32,000 nt of DNA from Candidatus Saccharimonadota bacterium (GCA_000503915.1 CP006915.1:510001-542000); one strand, 5' to 3'. Shown: positions 1 to 10,010, numbered from the stretch's first letter. The notes: a model not told the origin generated them from the letters alone. A program made the numbers and translations.

Positions 1-1
1 T

Positions 2-139
2 GAGGCAAATCCGGTCGAAGGTAAGGTCTCCGACCAGTCACCGATTGGACAAGCGCTGCTTGGCAAAAAAGTGGGTGAAAAAGCCACCGTCAGCACGCCC
101 AAAGGGGATATCCACTATCAGATAGTACGCGTGGGCTAA
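2..139 (+). CDS. greA: Transcription elongation factor GreA, C-terminal fragment (5' end lies outside the window)
   Basis: The frame is open from the window edge to TAA at 137-139. It translates to EANPVEGKVSDQSPIGQALLGKKVGEKATVSTPKGDIHYQIVRVG, which matches the conserved GreA/GreB C-terminal domain (SPIGxALLGKKVGD...). An intrinsic terminator follows. Confidence 0.8.
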   Translation, partial: EANPVEGKVSDQSPIGQALLGKKVGEKATVSTPKGDIHYQIVRVG

Positions 140-147
140 TCTGTACG

Positions 148-744
148 TTATCTAAACAGCGGGCGATCAGAAATATCGCCCGTTTTTCTTACTTGCTCGG
201 CAATAACAGGACCAGGTTGAGAGGGCTCAAAGAGGTATTCGTACGCTGCGTGTGGTGCATCGGGCCTTTCCGGGTCAGGAGATGGACGCGGCACAACGCT
301 AGGCTGAGTAGTGTTTAGTTCGCGCACTGCTTCTTCGAAAGGTAAGTCTGCGTCAAGTGAGAGCTGAAGTGCATCGATAGTAAATTCGAGAGATTCCGGA
401 TGTGAGGCATGAAAAGCGGCGCTAAGAGCATTACGCACTAATTCAGAGCGTCGCTCGGGAACAAAATCTGAGGCATGCCCAAGCAGGGCAAGTGTATGCG
501 GGGTAATATCGTCCGGTTGTGATAATCCGAGAAGCTGCTCCGCTGTATTGAATATATCTCGCTTCACTTTACGGGGTATATGCCTCGTATTATCAAGCTC
601 AGCAGTAAGTTGCTTAAGTGTGCTGATGCCTGCCCCTACGCTAATAAGAGCTTGAGCTCCAGTCTTTCTATGGAGGGTGGGTAAGTCAAGTACAAGAGGC
701 TTTTCTAACCGATGTCTACCGTGTTCAAGCGCTTGTGTACTCAT
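148..744 (-). CDS. Hypothetical protein (198 aa), no recognisable family
   Basis: This is the only long ORF in the interval and its composition resembles its neighbours. It has a Pro/acidic-rich C-terminal third. I recognised no motif and saw no clear SD. Confidence 0.5.
   Translation of the reverse strand: MSTQALEHGRHRLEKPLVLDLPTLHRKTGAQALISVGAGISTLKQLTAELDNTRHIPRKVKRDIFNTAEQLLGLSQPDDITPHTLALLGHASDFVPERRSELVRNALSAAFHASHPESLEFTIDALQLSLDADLPFEEAVRELNTTQPSVVPRPSPDPERPDAPHAAYEYLFEPSQPGPVIAEQVRKTGDISDRPLFR
160..190 (+). terminator. Rho-independent terminator of greA
   Basis: An 8-bp stem pairs CGGGCGAT (160-167) with ATCGCCCG (175-182) around a 7-nt loop, followed by TTTTTCTT (183-190). It lies inside the last codons of the convergent minus-strand ORF 148-744. 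Confidence 0.7.
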
Positions 745-888
745 GCTATTTACCGAATTGTTTATGTTTATTATTACAAGTTGATGTGGTCATTAAAGCA
801 CATAGCATGGTATTTCGCAATACCTTTTATGCTTATATGCATGAGTCGTAGCGTCTTTCTTGACAATACGCTATACTAACTAACAGAT

Positions 889-2409
889 ATGGCGACACTT
901 AAAGAACTACGCGACGAGAGACTACGGAAACTAGAAGAGTTAAAAAAGCTGGGGGTTGACCCATACCCGGCAACGTCTGCACGCACACACACAAACCAGG
1001 AAATCATTGATAAATTTGAAACGCTGTCGGGTCAGACGGTTACCGCAGTAGGCCGGATTGCTGGCATTCGCAAGTTTGGCCAACTTGCCTTTATTGTACT
1101 GAGGGACATGAGCGGTTCATTGCAGTTATTCATGAAAGCCGATACGGTAGACCCATTGAAGCCCGACGAAAGCCAGCTCGGCATGAACGAACTCCCGCTC
1201 CTTGATATTGGCGATTTTGTGCAAGCTACAGGGCCGGTCATCAAGACCAAGACAGGGGAGGTGTCGATTGACGTACGGCAGCTGAGACTACTCACGAAAA
1301 GTCTTCGACCGATGCCGACGAAGCAGGACGGTTTTACCAACAAAGAAGAGCGTATGCGCCGTCGCTATGTCGATATGAACGTCAACGATGATGTTCGCCA
1401 GCGTTTTATACGCCGTTCAAAGTTCTGGCAGGCAACCAGGAATACGTTGCTCGATGAAGGATTTTTAGAGATCAATATCCCGGTACTTGAAAGTATTGCC
1501 GGTGGCGCTGATGCGAACCCATTTGTCACACATATGGACGCACTCGACCAAGATTTTTATCTGCGCATTAGTCATGAGCTACCACTTAAGCGGCTACTTG
1601 TTGCCGGTTATGAAAAAGTCTTTGATATCGGTCCGCGTTTTCGTAACGAAAATTATTCTGAAGAACACCTGCCAGAGCATATCGCTATGGAGTGGTACTG
1701 GGCCTATGCCGACTGGGAAATGGGTATGGAGTTTACCGAACGTATGATGCGGCGAATCGTCGACGAAACATGGGGGACGCGTCAATTTACGCTTTCAGAC
1801 GGAAAGCAGGTGGATTTCGGTAAGGACGGTGAACATTTTTCCCGCATCAGCTTTGTTGAGGTGTTGAAGAATGAATATAATATCGATGTTTTCGCCTCTT
1901 CGATGGATGAAATTCAGGCAGCACTGAAGTCAAATCAGCTGGAAGTGGAAAAGGCGGACAATCGTCAACGCTCACTCGACAAGCTTTGGAAGAAATATCG
2001 CAAGACCTTGGCCGGTCCAGTTTTCCTTATCGACATGCCGACCTTTATGCAGCCGCTCGCTAAAATCCAGCCAGGTAACCCGAAGCTGACTGAGCAATTC
2101 AACCTTGTTTTTGGCGGTAGCGAGATGTGTAAAGCCTTTAGCGAACTGAATGACCCAATCGACCAGTATAACCGCTTCAAGGAGCAGCAGGCTATGCGTG
2201 ATGCTGGTGATGAGGAAGCGCAGATGATGGATATTGACTATGTCGAAGCACTCGAATACGCTATGCCGCCGGCCTGTGGTTTTGGTTTCTCAGAACGCGT
2301 TTTTTGGTCGCTTGAAGGAGTAACGGCACGTGAAGGTGTGCCGTTTCCACAGTTGCGTCAGGAGATCGACGAAATCACCAAAACTATCTATCCTGACCTC
2401 AGGCTCTAG
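889..2409 (+). CDS. lysS: Lysyl-tRNA synthetase, class II
   Basis: 506 aa with an N-terminal OB-fold region and class II motifs (GPRFRNENYSEEHLPEHIAMEWYWAY; GFGFSERV). TATACT at 872-877 lies 11 nt before the ATG. Confidence 0.95.
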   Translation: MATLKELRDERLRKLEELKKLGVDPYPATSARTHTNQEIIDKFETLSGQTVTAVGRIAGIRKFGQLAFIVLRDMSGSLQLFMKADTVDPLKPDESQLGMNELPLLDIGDFVQATGPVIKTKTGEVSIDVRQLRLLTKSLRPMPTKQDGFTNKEERMRRRYVDMNVNDDVRQRFIRRSKFWQATRNTLLDEGFLEINIPVLESIAGGADANPFVTHMDALDQDFYLRISHELPLKRLLVAGYEKVFDIGPRFRNENYSEEHLPEHIAMEWYWAYADWEMGMEFTERMMRRIVDETWGTRQFTLSDGKQVDFGKDGEHFSRISFVEVLKNEYNIDVFASSMDEIQAALKSNQLEVEKADNRQRSLDKLWKKYRKTLAGPVFLIDMPTFMQPLAKIQPGNPKLTEQFNLVFGGSEMCKAFSELNDPIDQYNRFKEQQAMRDAGDEEAQMMDIDYVEALEYAMPPACGFGFSERVFWSLEGVTAREGVPFPQLRQEIDEITKTIYPDLRL

Positions 2410-2433
2410 GTACCTATTTACCCGAAAAACTAG

Positions 2434-2439
2434 TATACT
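2434..2439 (+). promoter_or_regulatory. Putative -10 box (TATACT) embedded in the 12-bp palindrome CTAGTATACTAG (2430-2441)
   Basis: The sequence was read directly. It lies about 24 nt upstream of the ATG at 2463 and is followed by the strong SD GAAGGAGGTGA. Confidence 0.45.
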
Positions 2440-2462
2440 AGAGGGAGAAGAAGGAGGTGAGC

Positions 2463-2633
2463 ATGGAGCTGGTCTATGAGTTTGATGGCGTGCTATATAA
2501 GTCAGTTGGCGAATACCTGGATGCGGTCGCGCATGAGTACAAACACGGCGACAAAGATCTGGCAAAAACCTCTCTGGAAGACTATGGGTTTAGTGTGAGC
2601 GACATTAACGTAAATAGGGACGAGGACAACTAA
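2463..2633 (+). CDS. Small hypothetical protein (56 aa), absent from the ORF track because it is under 60 aa
   Basis: The ATG at 2463 is preceded by GAAGGAGGTGAGC. It translates to MELVYEFDGVLYKSVGEYLDAVAHEYKHGDKDLAKTSLEDYGFSVSDINVNRDEDN. Its stop TAA (2631-2633) overlaps the ATG of the next gene as TAATG. Confidence 0.6.
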   Translation: MELVYEFDGVLYKSVGEYLDAVAHEYKHGDKDLAKTSLEDYGFSVSDINVNRDEDN

Positions 2634-2935
2634 TGAAAGCAATCTGGCAAGGTGCGGTCGTGGCTGAGGCACCAAAAGAAAATCTGATCAGGATTGAGGG
2701 CAACTGGTATTTTCCGCCTAACTCAATCAAAAAAGAATATTTTTCTCCGAGTGATCTCCACACCGAATGTATCTGGAAAGGCACTGCCAGCTACTACGAC
2801 ATTACCGTTGGTGGTGACGTAAATGACGGTGCTGCGTGGTATTATCCGATTCCAAAAGCGGGGTCGGTCGAGCGAGTCAAAAAGGATTTCAAAGATTACG
2901 TCGCATTTTGGCGCGGAGTTGAAGTAACAGAATAG
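2633..2935 (+). CDS. DUF427 domain protein (100 aa)
   Basis: The sequence pattern (IRIEGNWYFP..., CxWKGxASYYD, AWYYPxP) matches my memory of the DUF427 family. It is translationally coupled to the upstream small ORF. Confidence 0.75.
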   Translation: MKAIWQGAVVAEAPKENLIRIEGNWYFPPNSIKKEYFSPSDLHTECIWKGTASYYDITVGGDVNDGAAWYYPIPKAGSVERVKKDFKDYVAFWRGVEVTE

Positions 2936-2936
2936 T

Positions 2937-3437
2937 CTACTGTGCCTCTAGGTTTTTCTTGAGCTGCTTGATGTCCTGGCGATTTTTGCGAGCGTGGGAG
3001 CGAGCCATAGCTTCGAGAGCTAGCTCGGCTGTCAGATAGTGCCAACCCTCATCTGTTTGGGGTAGGTTGGCCATCTCCTGCTGGAAGAGCTCATCCAACA
3101 CTTCATCCGTACTTAGAAAATCGGCAGGACGAGTAATGTCAAGTGACATGACACCCTGTGGTCGGTACACGGCATACAACCAGGGGCGGTCAGTGTGGAA
3201 TAAGGGCTTCAGTGGAATGCCGCTGGGGGTTGCAAGCTGGTCATGCAAAGTCTCGAACTCTTGTGGCGATACCAGGACGTCGATATCTCGCGGTGCTCTG
3301 ATATTGACGCAGGCAAGGCAGCAACTGCCAATGAGAACGGTCGAGTTCCTGTCGAGACCATAAGTATCAAGTGAGCGGTGCATATGGTCGAGTGAGACTT
3401 GTATATCCTGGGACTGCCGGTGATGCCGAAAACTCAT
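2937..3437 (-). CDS. Nucleotidyltransferase-fold protein (Pol-beta superfamily-like), 166 aa
   Basis: It has a GS...(12 aa)...DIDVLV motif plus a later LDI aspartate, resembling the G[SG]-x(n)-DxD signature of MNT/Lnu/ANT-type nucleotidyltransferases. It is convergent with the DUF427 gene with a 1-nt gap. Confidence 0.45.
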   Translation of the reverse strand: MSFRHHRQSQDIQVSLDHMHRSLDTYGLDRNSTVLIGSCCLACVNIRAPRDIDVLVSPQEFETLHDQLATPSGIPLKPLFHTDRPWLYAVYRPQGVMSLDITRPADFLSTDEVLDELFQQEMANLPQTDEGWHYLTAELALEAMARSHARKNRQDIKQLKKNLEAQ

Positions 3438-3493
3438 ACACTAGATTAAATCATTTTTATAAATATTTACAATAGCTGAGATAAAAGCGAATC

Positions 3494-3502
3494 TGCTACA
3501 AT
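3494..3502 (+). promoter_or_regulatory. Extended -10 (TGcTACAAT) 6 nt upstream of the serS ATG; predicts a leaderless mRNA
   Basis: The sequence reads TGCTACAAT-aaaacc-ATG. There is no SD in the gap. Confidence 0.55.
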
Positions 3503-3508
3503 AAAACC

Positions 3509-4804
3509 ATGTTAGATATCCGTTATATTCGGGAGAATGCCGACAAAGTCCAGGAGGTCGTTAAAAGTAAGGGCTATGACGTTTCGATCGCTGAGCTACT
3601 GAAACTCGATGATGAGCGCCGCAGTCTGCAGCAGCGAGTCGACGAACTGCGCGAAAAACGCAACACCAATGCAGCGAAGATGAAGGATGGTAGGCCGGAG
3701 CAATCACTGATTGACGAGGGTAAGCAGATTAAAATTGAACTTGCCGAGCGTGAGGGCTATTTGACCAACACTGATGCCAAGTTTGCTGAGCTTCTCAAGA
3801 GAGTTCCAAACATGCCGTGGAATGATGTACCGTTTGGTGCGAGTGAGGATGAAAATGTTGAAGTGAAAGTTGTGGGTGAAAAACCACAGTTTGATTTTAC
3901 GCCAAAAAACCATTATGAGATCGCTGAGGCTAAGGGCTGGCTCGACAAAGAGCGTGCCGCCAAAGTAGCTGGTGCTCGCTTTGCCTATGTGATGGGTGAT
4001 CTAGTGAAGCTGCAGCTGGCGATCGAGCACTTTGTGATAAACGCGCTCACCGATGAAGTTGTTTTGAAGAAGATCGCCGGAGAAGCGGGGCTAAGTGTCA
4101 GCACACGCCCATTTGTACCAGTATTGCCGCCGCTGATGATCCGCACCGAATCGTACGATCAGATGGATCGTCTCGAACCGCGCGACGATCGCTACAAGAT
4201 TGAAGGCGAAGAGTTGTGGCTGCAAGGTAGTGCGGAGCACGTCCTCGGCAGCATGCATGCCGGTGAAATTTTCGAAGCCGAGCAACTGCCACTTCGCTAT
4301 CTGGGTTTTGCCACCAGTTTCCGTAAAGAAGCGGGCACCTACGGTAAAGATATGGAAGGTCTCATCCGCATGCACCAGTTTGATAAATTGGAGATGGAGA
4401 GTTTCACGACAGGCGAGAAGAGTTTTGATGAACATCTGTTCTTTATCGCGATTCAAGAATATCTCTTACAACAACTTGGTTTGCCGTATCACGTGCTGAT
4501 GAAATGTACGGCTGACATCGGTAAGCCGAATGCCCGAGGTGTTGATATGGAGGTCTGGCTGCCGGGGCAGGGCAAGTACCGTGAGACGCATACGGCTGAC
4601 TATATGACCGATTACCAAGCGCGACGGCTGAATACGCGCGTGCGCACTGAAAATGGATTAGAGCTAATTCATACCAACGATGCAACGGCCTTTGCGCTGG
4701 GTCGTGCTATGGTTGCAATCATTGAAAACTACCAGACCGCCGAAGGGGATGTGCGTGTGCCAGAAGCGTTGCGACCATATCTTGCAGGCCGTGAGATTTT
4801 GTAA
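3509..4804 (+). CDS. serS: Seryl-tRNA synthetase
   Basis: 431 aa with an N-terminal coiled-coil arm and class II motifs (FRKEAGTYGKDMEGLIRMHQFDKLE; TNDATAFALGRAMVAIIENYQ). Confidence 0.95.
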   Translation: MLDIRYIRENADKVQEVVKSKGYDVSIAELLKLDDERRSLQQRVDELREKRNTNAAKMKDGRPEQSLIDEGKQIKIELAEREGYLTNTDAKFAELLKRVPNMPWNDVPFGASEDENVEVKVVGEKPQFDFTPKNHYEIAEAKGWLDKERAAKVAGARFAYVMGDLVKLQLAIEHFVINALTDEVVLKKIAGEAGLSVSTRPFVPVLPPLMIRTESYDQMDRLEPRDDRYKIEGEELWLQGSAEHVLGSMHAGEIFEAEQLPLRYLGFATSFRKEAGTYGKDMEGLIRMHQFDKLEMESFTTGEKSFDEHLFFIAIQEYLLQQLGLPYHVLMKCTADIGKPNARGVDMEVWLPGQGKYRETHTADYMTDYQARRLNTRVRTENGLELIHTNDATAFALGRAMVAIIENYQTAEGDVRVPEALRPYLAGREIL

Positions 4805-4849
4805 AAACATCTTCTAAAATTTCGATAGATTCAAAAACTTAGGTGATGT

Positions 4850-4889
4850 CCCGACCGGCACCGGAGGTTGAGGTCCAGTGCCGGTCGGG
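4850..4889. terminator. GC-rich perfect hairpin between convergent serS and the high-GC ORF
   Basis: CCCGACCGGCAC (4850-4861) pairs with GTGCCGGTCGGG (4878-4889), giving a 12-bp stem and a 16-nt loop. There is no clear U-tract on either side. GGTTGAGG occurs both in the loop and immediately 3' of the stem. Confidence 0.6.
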
Positions 4890-4896
4890 TTGAGGA

Positions 4897-5289
4897 TCAG
4901 TCGCGAGTCCTGAAGTACATCCACGTCGATCCGGCGAGGTAGTCGCTGGACGGCGCGTCGAACATGACGATCGCTCGGCCCGGGTACGAGTTGGCCGTGG
5001 CACGGGTGAGCTTGTCGAGCGGGAACTGGTAGTCCGTGTTCCAGCCCTCGCGGATCACCTCCACGTGTCCGCCACGCGGGTAGCGGAGCTCAGTCTTGAG
5101 CTCGTCGACCGCGAAGTTGACGATCGTGTTGCCACGCTCGTTGAAGTAGGCGATCACCTCCGTGCAGATGCCCGACTCGACCAGGAGGACGCTGTCCTTG
5201 AGGCCGAGATGGGGCTTGTTGTGCACGGTGACGTGCTTGCCGATGAGGGTGTTCGCGATGTTGCTGATCTTCTCGATGTTGCTGGTCAT
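4897..5289 (-). CDS. Hypothetical protein (130 aa) with Actinomycetota-like codon usage
   Basis: Only 9 of 130 sense codons end in A/T (hand count, GC3 about 93%). The SD GAGGAG lies 7 nt upstream of the ATG and an in-frame TGA lies 4 codons upstream. I recognised no family. The plus-strand ORFs 5065-5373 and 5162-5485 are high-GC shadows. Confidence 0.75.
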   Translation of the reverse strand: MTSNIEKISNIANTLIGKHVTVHNKPHLGLKDSVLLVESGICTEVIAYFNERGNTIVNFAVDELKTELRYPRGGHVEVIREGWNTDYQFPLDKLTRATANSYPGRAIVMFDAPSSDYLAGSTWMYFRTRD

Positions 5290-5386
5290 GATGACTCCTC
5301 AGAAGTTGATGTACGGGTTGCCCCGTACGCTTCTTCGGAGTACACGACCATGTACACGAACGGGAGTTTTTAGTCGATGGAAGTTA

Positions 5387-5431
5387 TTAGAACTCCATCG
5401 CCCGTCCGGACTTCCATGCGTACCAGTACAT
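5387..5431 (-). CDS. Candidate upstream/leader ORF, 14 aa (MYWYAWKSGRAMEF)
   Basis: The ATG at 5431 is preceded by AGGAGGTGAAGCCAG, and 12 of 14 codons end in G/C, like the downstream gene. It ends within an imperfect hairpin (5374-5398). Confidence 0.35.
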   Translation of the reverse strand: MYWYAWKSGRAMEF

Positions 5432-5471
5432 CTGGCTTCACCTCCTAGGGTAATCCCGCTGGAATTTTTAT

Positions 5472-5500
5472 ATTATAATGAATAAATATAAAAAAGTCAA
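5472..5500 (-). promoter_or_regulatory. Near-consensus sigma-70-type promoter TTGACT-N17-TATAAT pointing into the high-GC island
   Basis: On the minus strand the -35 TTGACT is plus 5495-5500 and the -10 TATAAT is plus 5472-5477, with a 17-nt spacer. The promoter lies in AT-rich, host-like sequence. Confidence 0.55.
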
Positions 5501-5520
5501 TAGTAAACCTAATTACGAGG

Positions 5521-5529
5521 TGCTATAAT
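5521..5529 (+). promoter_or_regulatory. Extended -10 (TGcTATAAT) for hpf
   Basis: TGCTATAAT is followed by a ~31-nt leader carrying the SD AAGGAGGG (5550-5557) before the ATG at 5561. Confidence 0.55.
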
Positions 5530-5560
5530 AGAAGTACCGAACCTAACAAAAGGAGGGTAC

Positions 5561-5935
5561 ATGATCCACTCTATCAGCCTAACGGGTGTTCATCTGGACA
5601 TCGACGCGCCGACGAAGAAATATGTACTGAAGAAAATAGGTCGTCTTGATCGGTTTCTGCCAAGACACGCGCGTAAAAGCGTCAGCGCAGAAGTGATTCT
5701 AAAAGAGGTGAACCGGGAGCACGGTAATAAATACGAAGCGGAAGTAATCCTCATCGTTCCCGACAAGCAGTTAACAGCCAAAGATTCCACCATGAATATG
5801 CTCGCCGCGGTTGATATCGTCGAGGCGAAACTAGCCAGTCAGCTACGCAAGTACAAAGACAAGAAGATGAGACACATTGGCAAGACGCGCGCGGCGCTCA
5901 GTCGCTTTAAGCGCAGCTACGCTCGCGAGCTTTAG
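5561..5935 (+). CDS. hpf: Ribosome hibernation promoting factor / RaiA family, short form (124 aa)
   Basis: The N-terminal pattern (I.ltG.hldid...k.Yv.kKi.rL.rf) is typical of the sigma-54 modulation/S30EA family. It has a strong SD and a terminator downstream. Confidence 0.8.
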   Translation: MIHSISLTGVHLDIDAPTKKYVLKKIGRLDRFLPRHARKSVSAEVILKEVNREHGNKYEAEVILIVPDKQLTAKDSTMNMLAAVDIVEAKLASQLRKYKDKKMRHIGKTRAALSRFKRSYAREL

Positions 5936-5952
5936 TCTCGGATCTATAAAAT

Positions 5953-5985
5953 GAGGCGTTTGTCACGTAAATCGCCTCTTTTTTA
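5953..5985 (+). terminator. Rho-independent terminator of hpf
   Basis: GAGGCG (5953-5958) pairs with CGCCTC (5973-5978), followed by TTTTTTAT. Confidence 0.6.
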
Positions 5986-6051
5986 TGTGGGGTAAACAGC
6001 GTATAATGTAAGGAGTTTTTACAGAAATTCAGTTCGAGACGAGGGGAATGA

Positions 6052-8679
<2,628 letters not shown>

Positions 8680-8718
8680 ACACGCGAGAGTTAATGGTGG
8701 GCAGAAGGATACGAGCAA

Positions 8719-10005
8719 GTGAAACATACGACCCAAGAAGTACGACTGAAAAACGGCGCGCGCGGCCTGCTCGTGGATGTGCCTGGTGCAACGGTAATGA
8801 GTTTTCAATTCCAGTTTCGAGCCGGCAATCGCTACGTTAAACACAAGGATATTTACGAGACTGCCCACATCATGGAGCATATGGCGTTCGGCGCTAATGC
8901 ACAGTTCAAGAGCGAGCACGATTATGAAGCCGAGTTTACCAAAAACGGAGCCTACCACAATGCCTTTACGAGCGATCTTTCAATGGTCTACGTGGCTGAC
9001 TGTGCCGACTTTGAATGGGATCGGATTCTCAGCTTACAGCAGGTCGCAATCTGCCAGCCAAAGTTTAACAATGCCGAGCTCGAGGCTGAAAAAGGGAATG
9101 TCAGAAGCGAATTAACTGGCTTTTTAAATAATCACAGCCGGGTACTTTGGCCAAAGATTCAACAGCTGCTCGGCGAAGATATCCTCACGTTTTGGCAACG
9201 GATCCAGACGATCAACAATGTATCGCTCGCCGACATCAAAGAACACTATCGGCGCACGCATACGGCCAGTAATATGCGTTTCGTCATTGCCGGTAAGCTC
9301 TATGGCCGCAAGAAAAAGATTATTGAAATGCTAGAGAACTGGGAGTTCGAGAAGGGTGAACGATTCAAGGTGCCACGCGATGAGCTCTCAAGTGGTAATC
9401 CGACATTGATCCGCCGCAAAGAAGCGTCAAACATTACCTTTGGCCTCAGTATGATGGTGCCGCGCGAGCTCGATGACACTGAACTGGAGGCGATGAATGC
9501 GCTTGATCATATCCTGACGGGCACGATGCACTCGCGTATTTACGGCGCGGCACGTGCAAAAGGCTTGGCGTACGGTATATTCTCTGATACAACTGCTGGT
9601 TTTTATGACAGTAGCTGGGACTTTGGCGGCCAGGTCAACCATGAAACGGCTGGTGCATTATTTGATATCATCGTGCGCGAGATGCAAGCAATCATGGATG
9701 GCAAGATAGATGAAAAAGAGCTTGAAGCCGCCAAATCATACGCCCTCGGTCGCTACCAGATGGGTGCCCAGACGGTGTCGCAGATCAGCAACTTCTATAC
9801 CAATCGCTACTTTGCCGACGGGGTTGTCAAAGAGTACGAGAAAATACCAGATGCGATCCGTGGCGTTACTTGCCAGCAGATGATAAACACCGCCAAAGAA
9901 TTCATCGATGCAAACACCTGGGTACTGGCTGCCGTCAGTAAGCAGGAAAAAGATGACATTGTAGTACTTTCAGAGCGCATTGAGACGCTTTTTGACGTAC
10001 AATAA
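8719..10005 (+). CDS. M16 (pitrilysin/insulinase) family zinc peptidase
   Basis: It has a GTG start and the HxxEH motif within AHIMEHMAF. The two-domain length (428 aa) is typical of M16B. Confidence 0.8.
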   Translation: MKHTTQEVRLKNGARGLLVDVPGATVMSFQFQFRAGNRYVKHKDIYETAHIMEHMAFGANAQFKSEHDYEAEFTKNGAYHNAFTSDLSMVYVADCADFEWDRILSLQQVAICQPKFNNAELEAEKGNVRSELTGFLNNHSRVLWPKIQQLLGEDILTFWQRIQTINNVSLADIKEHYRRTHTASNMRFVIAGKLYGRKKKIIEMLENWEFEKGERFKVPRDELSSGNPTLIRRKEASNITFGLSMMVPRELDDTELEAMNALDHILTGTMHSRIYGAARAKGLAYGIFSDTTAGFYDSSWDFGGQVNHETAGALFDIIVREMQAIMDGKIDEKELEAAKSYALGRYQMGAQTVSQISNFYTNRYFADGVVKEYEKIPDAIRGVTCQQMINTAKEFIDANTWVLAAVSKQEKDDIVVLSERIETLFDVQ

Positions 10006-10010
10006 GCTAT

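Larger units (their letters stand above)
4847..5460. other. High-GC compositional island (putative horizontally acquired single-gene cassette)
   Basis: Hand counts of the 60-nt lines between 4861 and 5280 give about 55-72% G+C, against about 50% in the flanks. The composition returns abruptly to AT-rich sequence near 5460. Confidence 0.7.

Noticed and set aside
860-877. TTGACA (860-865) close to the TATACT (872-877) upstream of lysS, considered as a -35/-10 pair.
   Set aside because: The spacer is only 6 nt, which is incompatible with sigma-70 geometry. I kept only the -10 element as plausible.
745-888. A T-box or other riboswitch leader upstream of lysS, and likewise upstream of serS and glyQS.
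   Set aside because: The predicted -10 boxes sit only 6-11 nt from the start codons, and the intergenic regions (70-144 nt) are too short for a T-box of about 200 nt or more. Only small local hairpins were seen.
5399-5420. The minus-strand motif GGAAGUCCGGAC, which resembles the RNase P RNA CR-I core (GGAAAGUCCGGGC).
   Set aside because: Only about 170 nt of non-coding sequence is available, against 330-400 nt for RNase P RNA. No CR-V-like element is present, and the match is short and imperfect.
5065-5485. Plus-strand ORFs of 102 and 107 aa within the high-GC island.
   Set aside because: High-GC DNA produces long stop-free shadow frames. The extreme third-position G/C bias (about 93%) is in phase only with the minus-strand 130-codon ORF.
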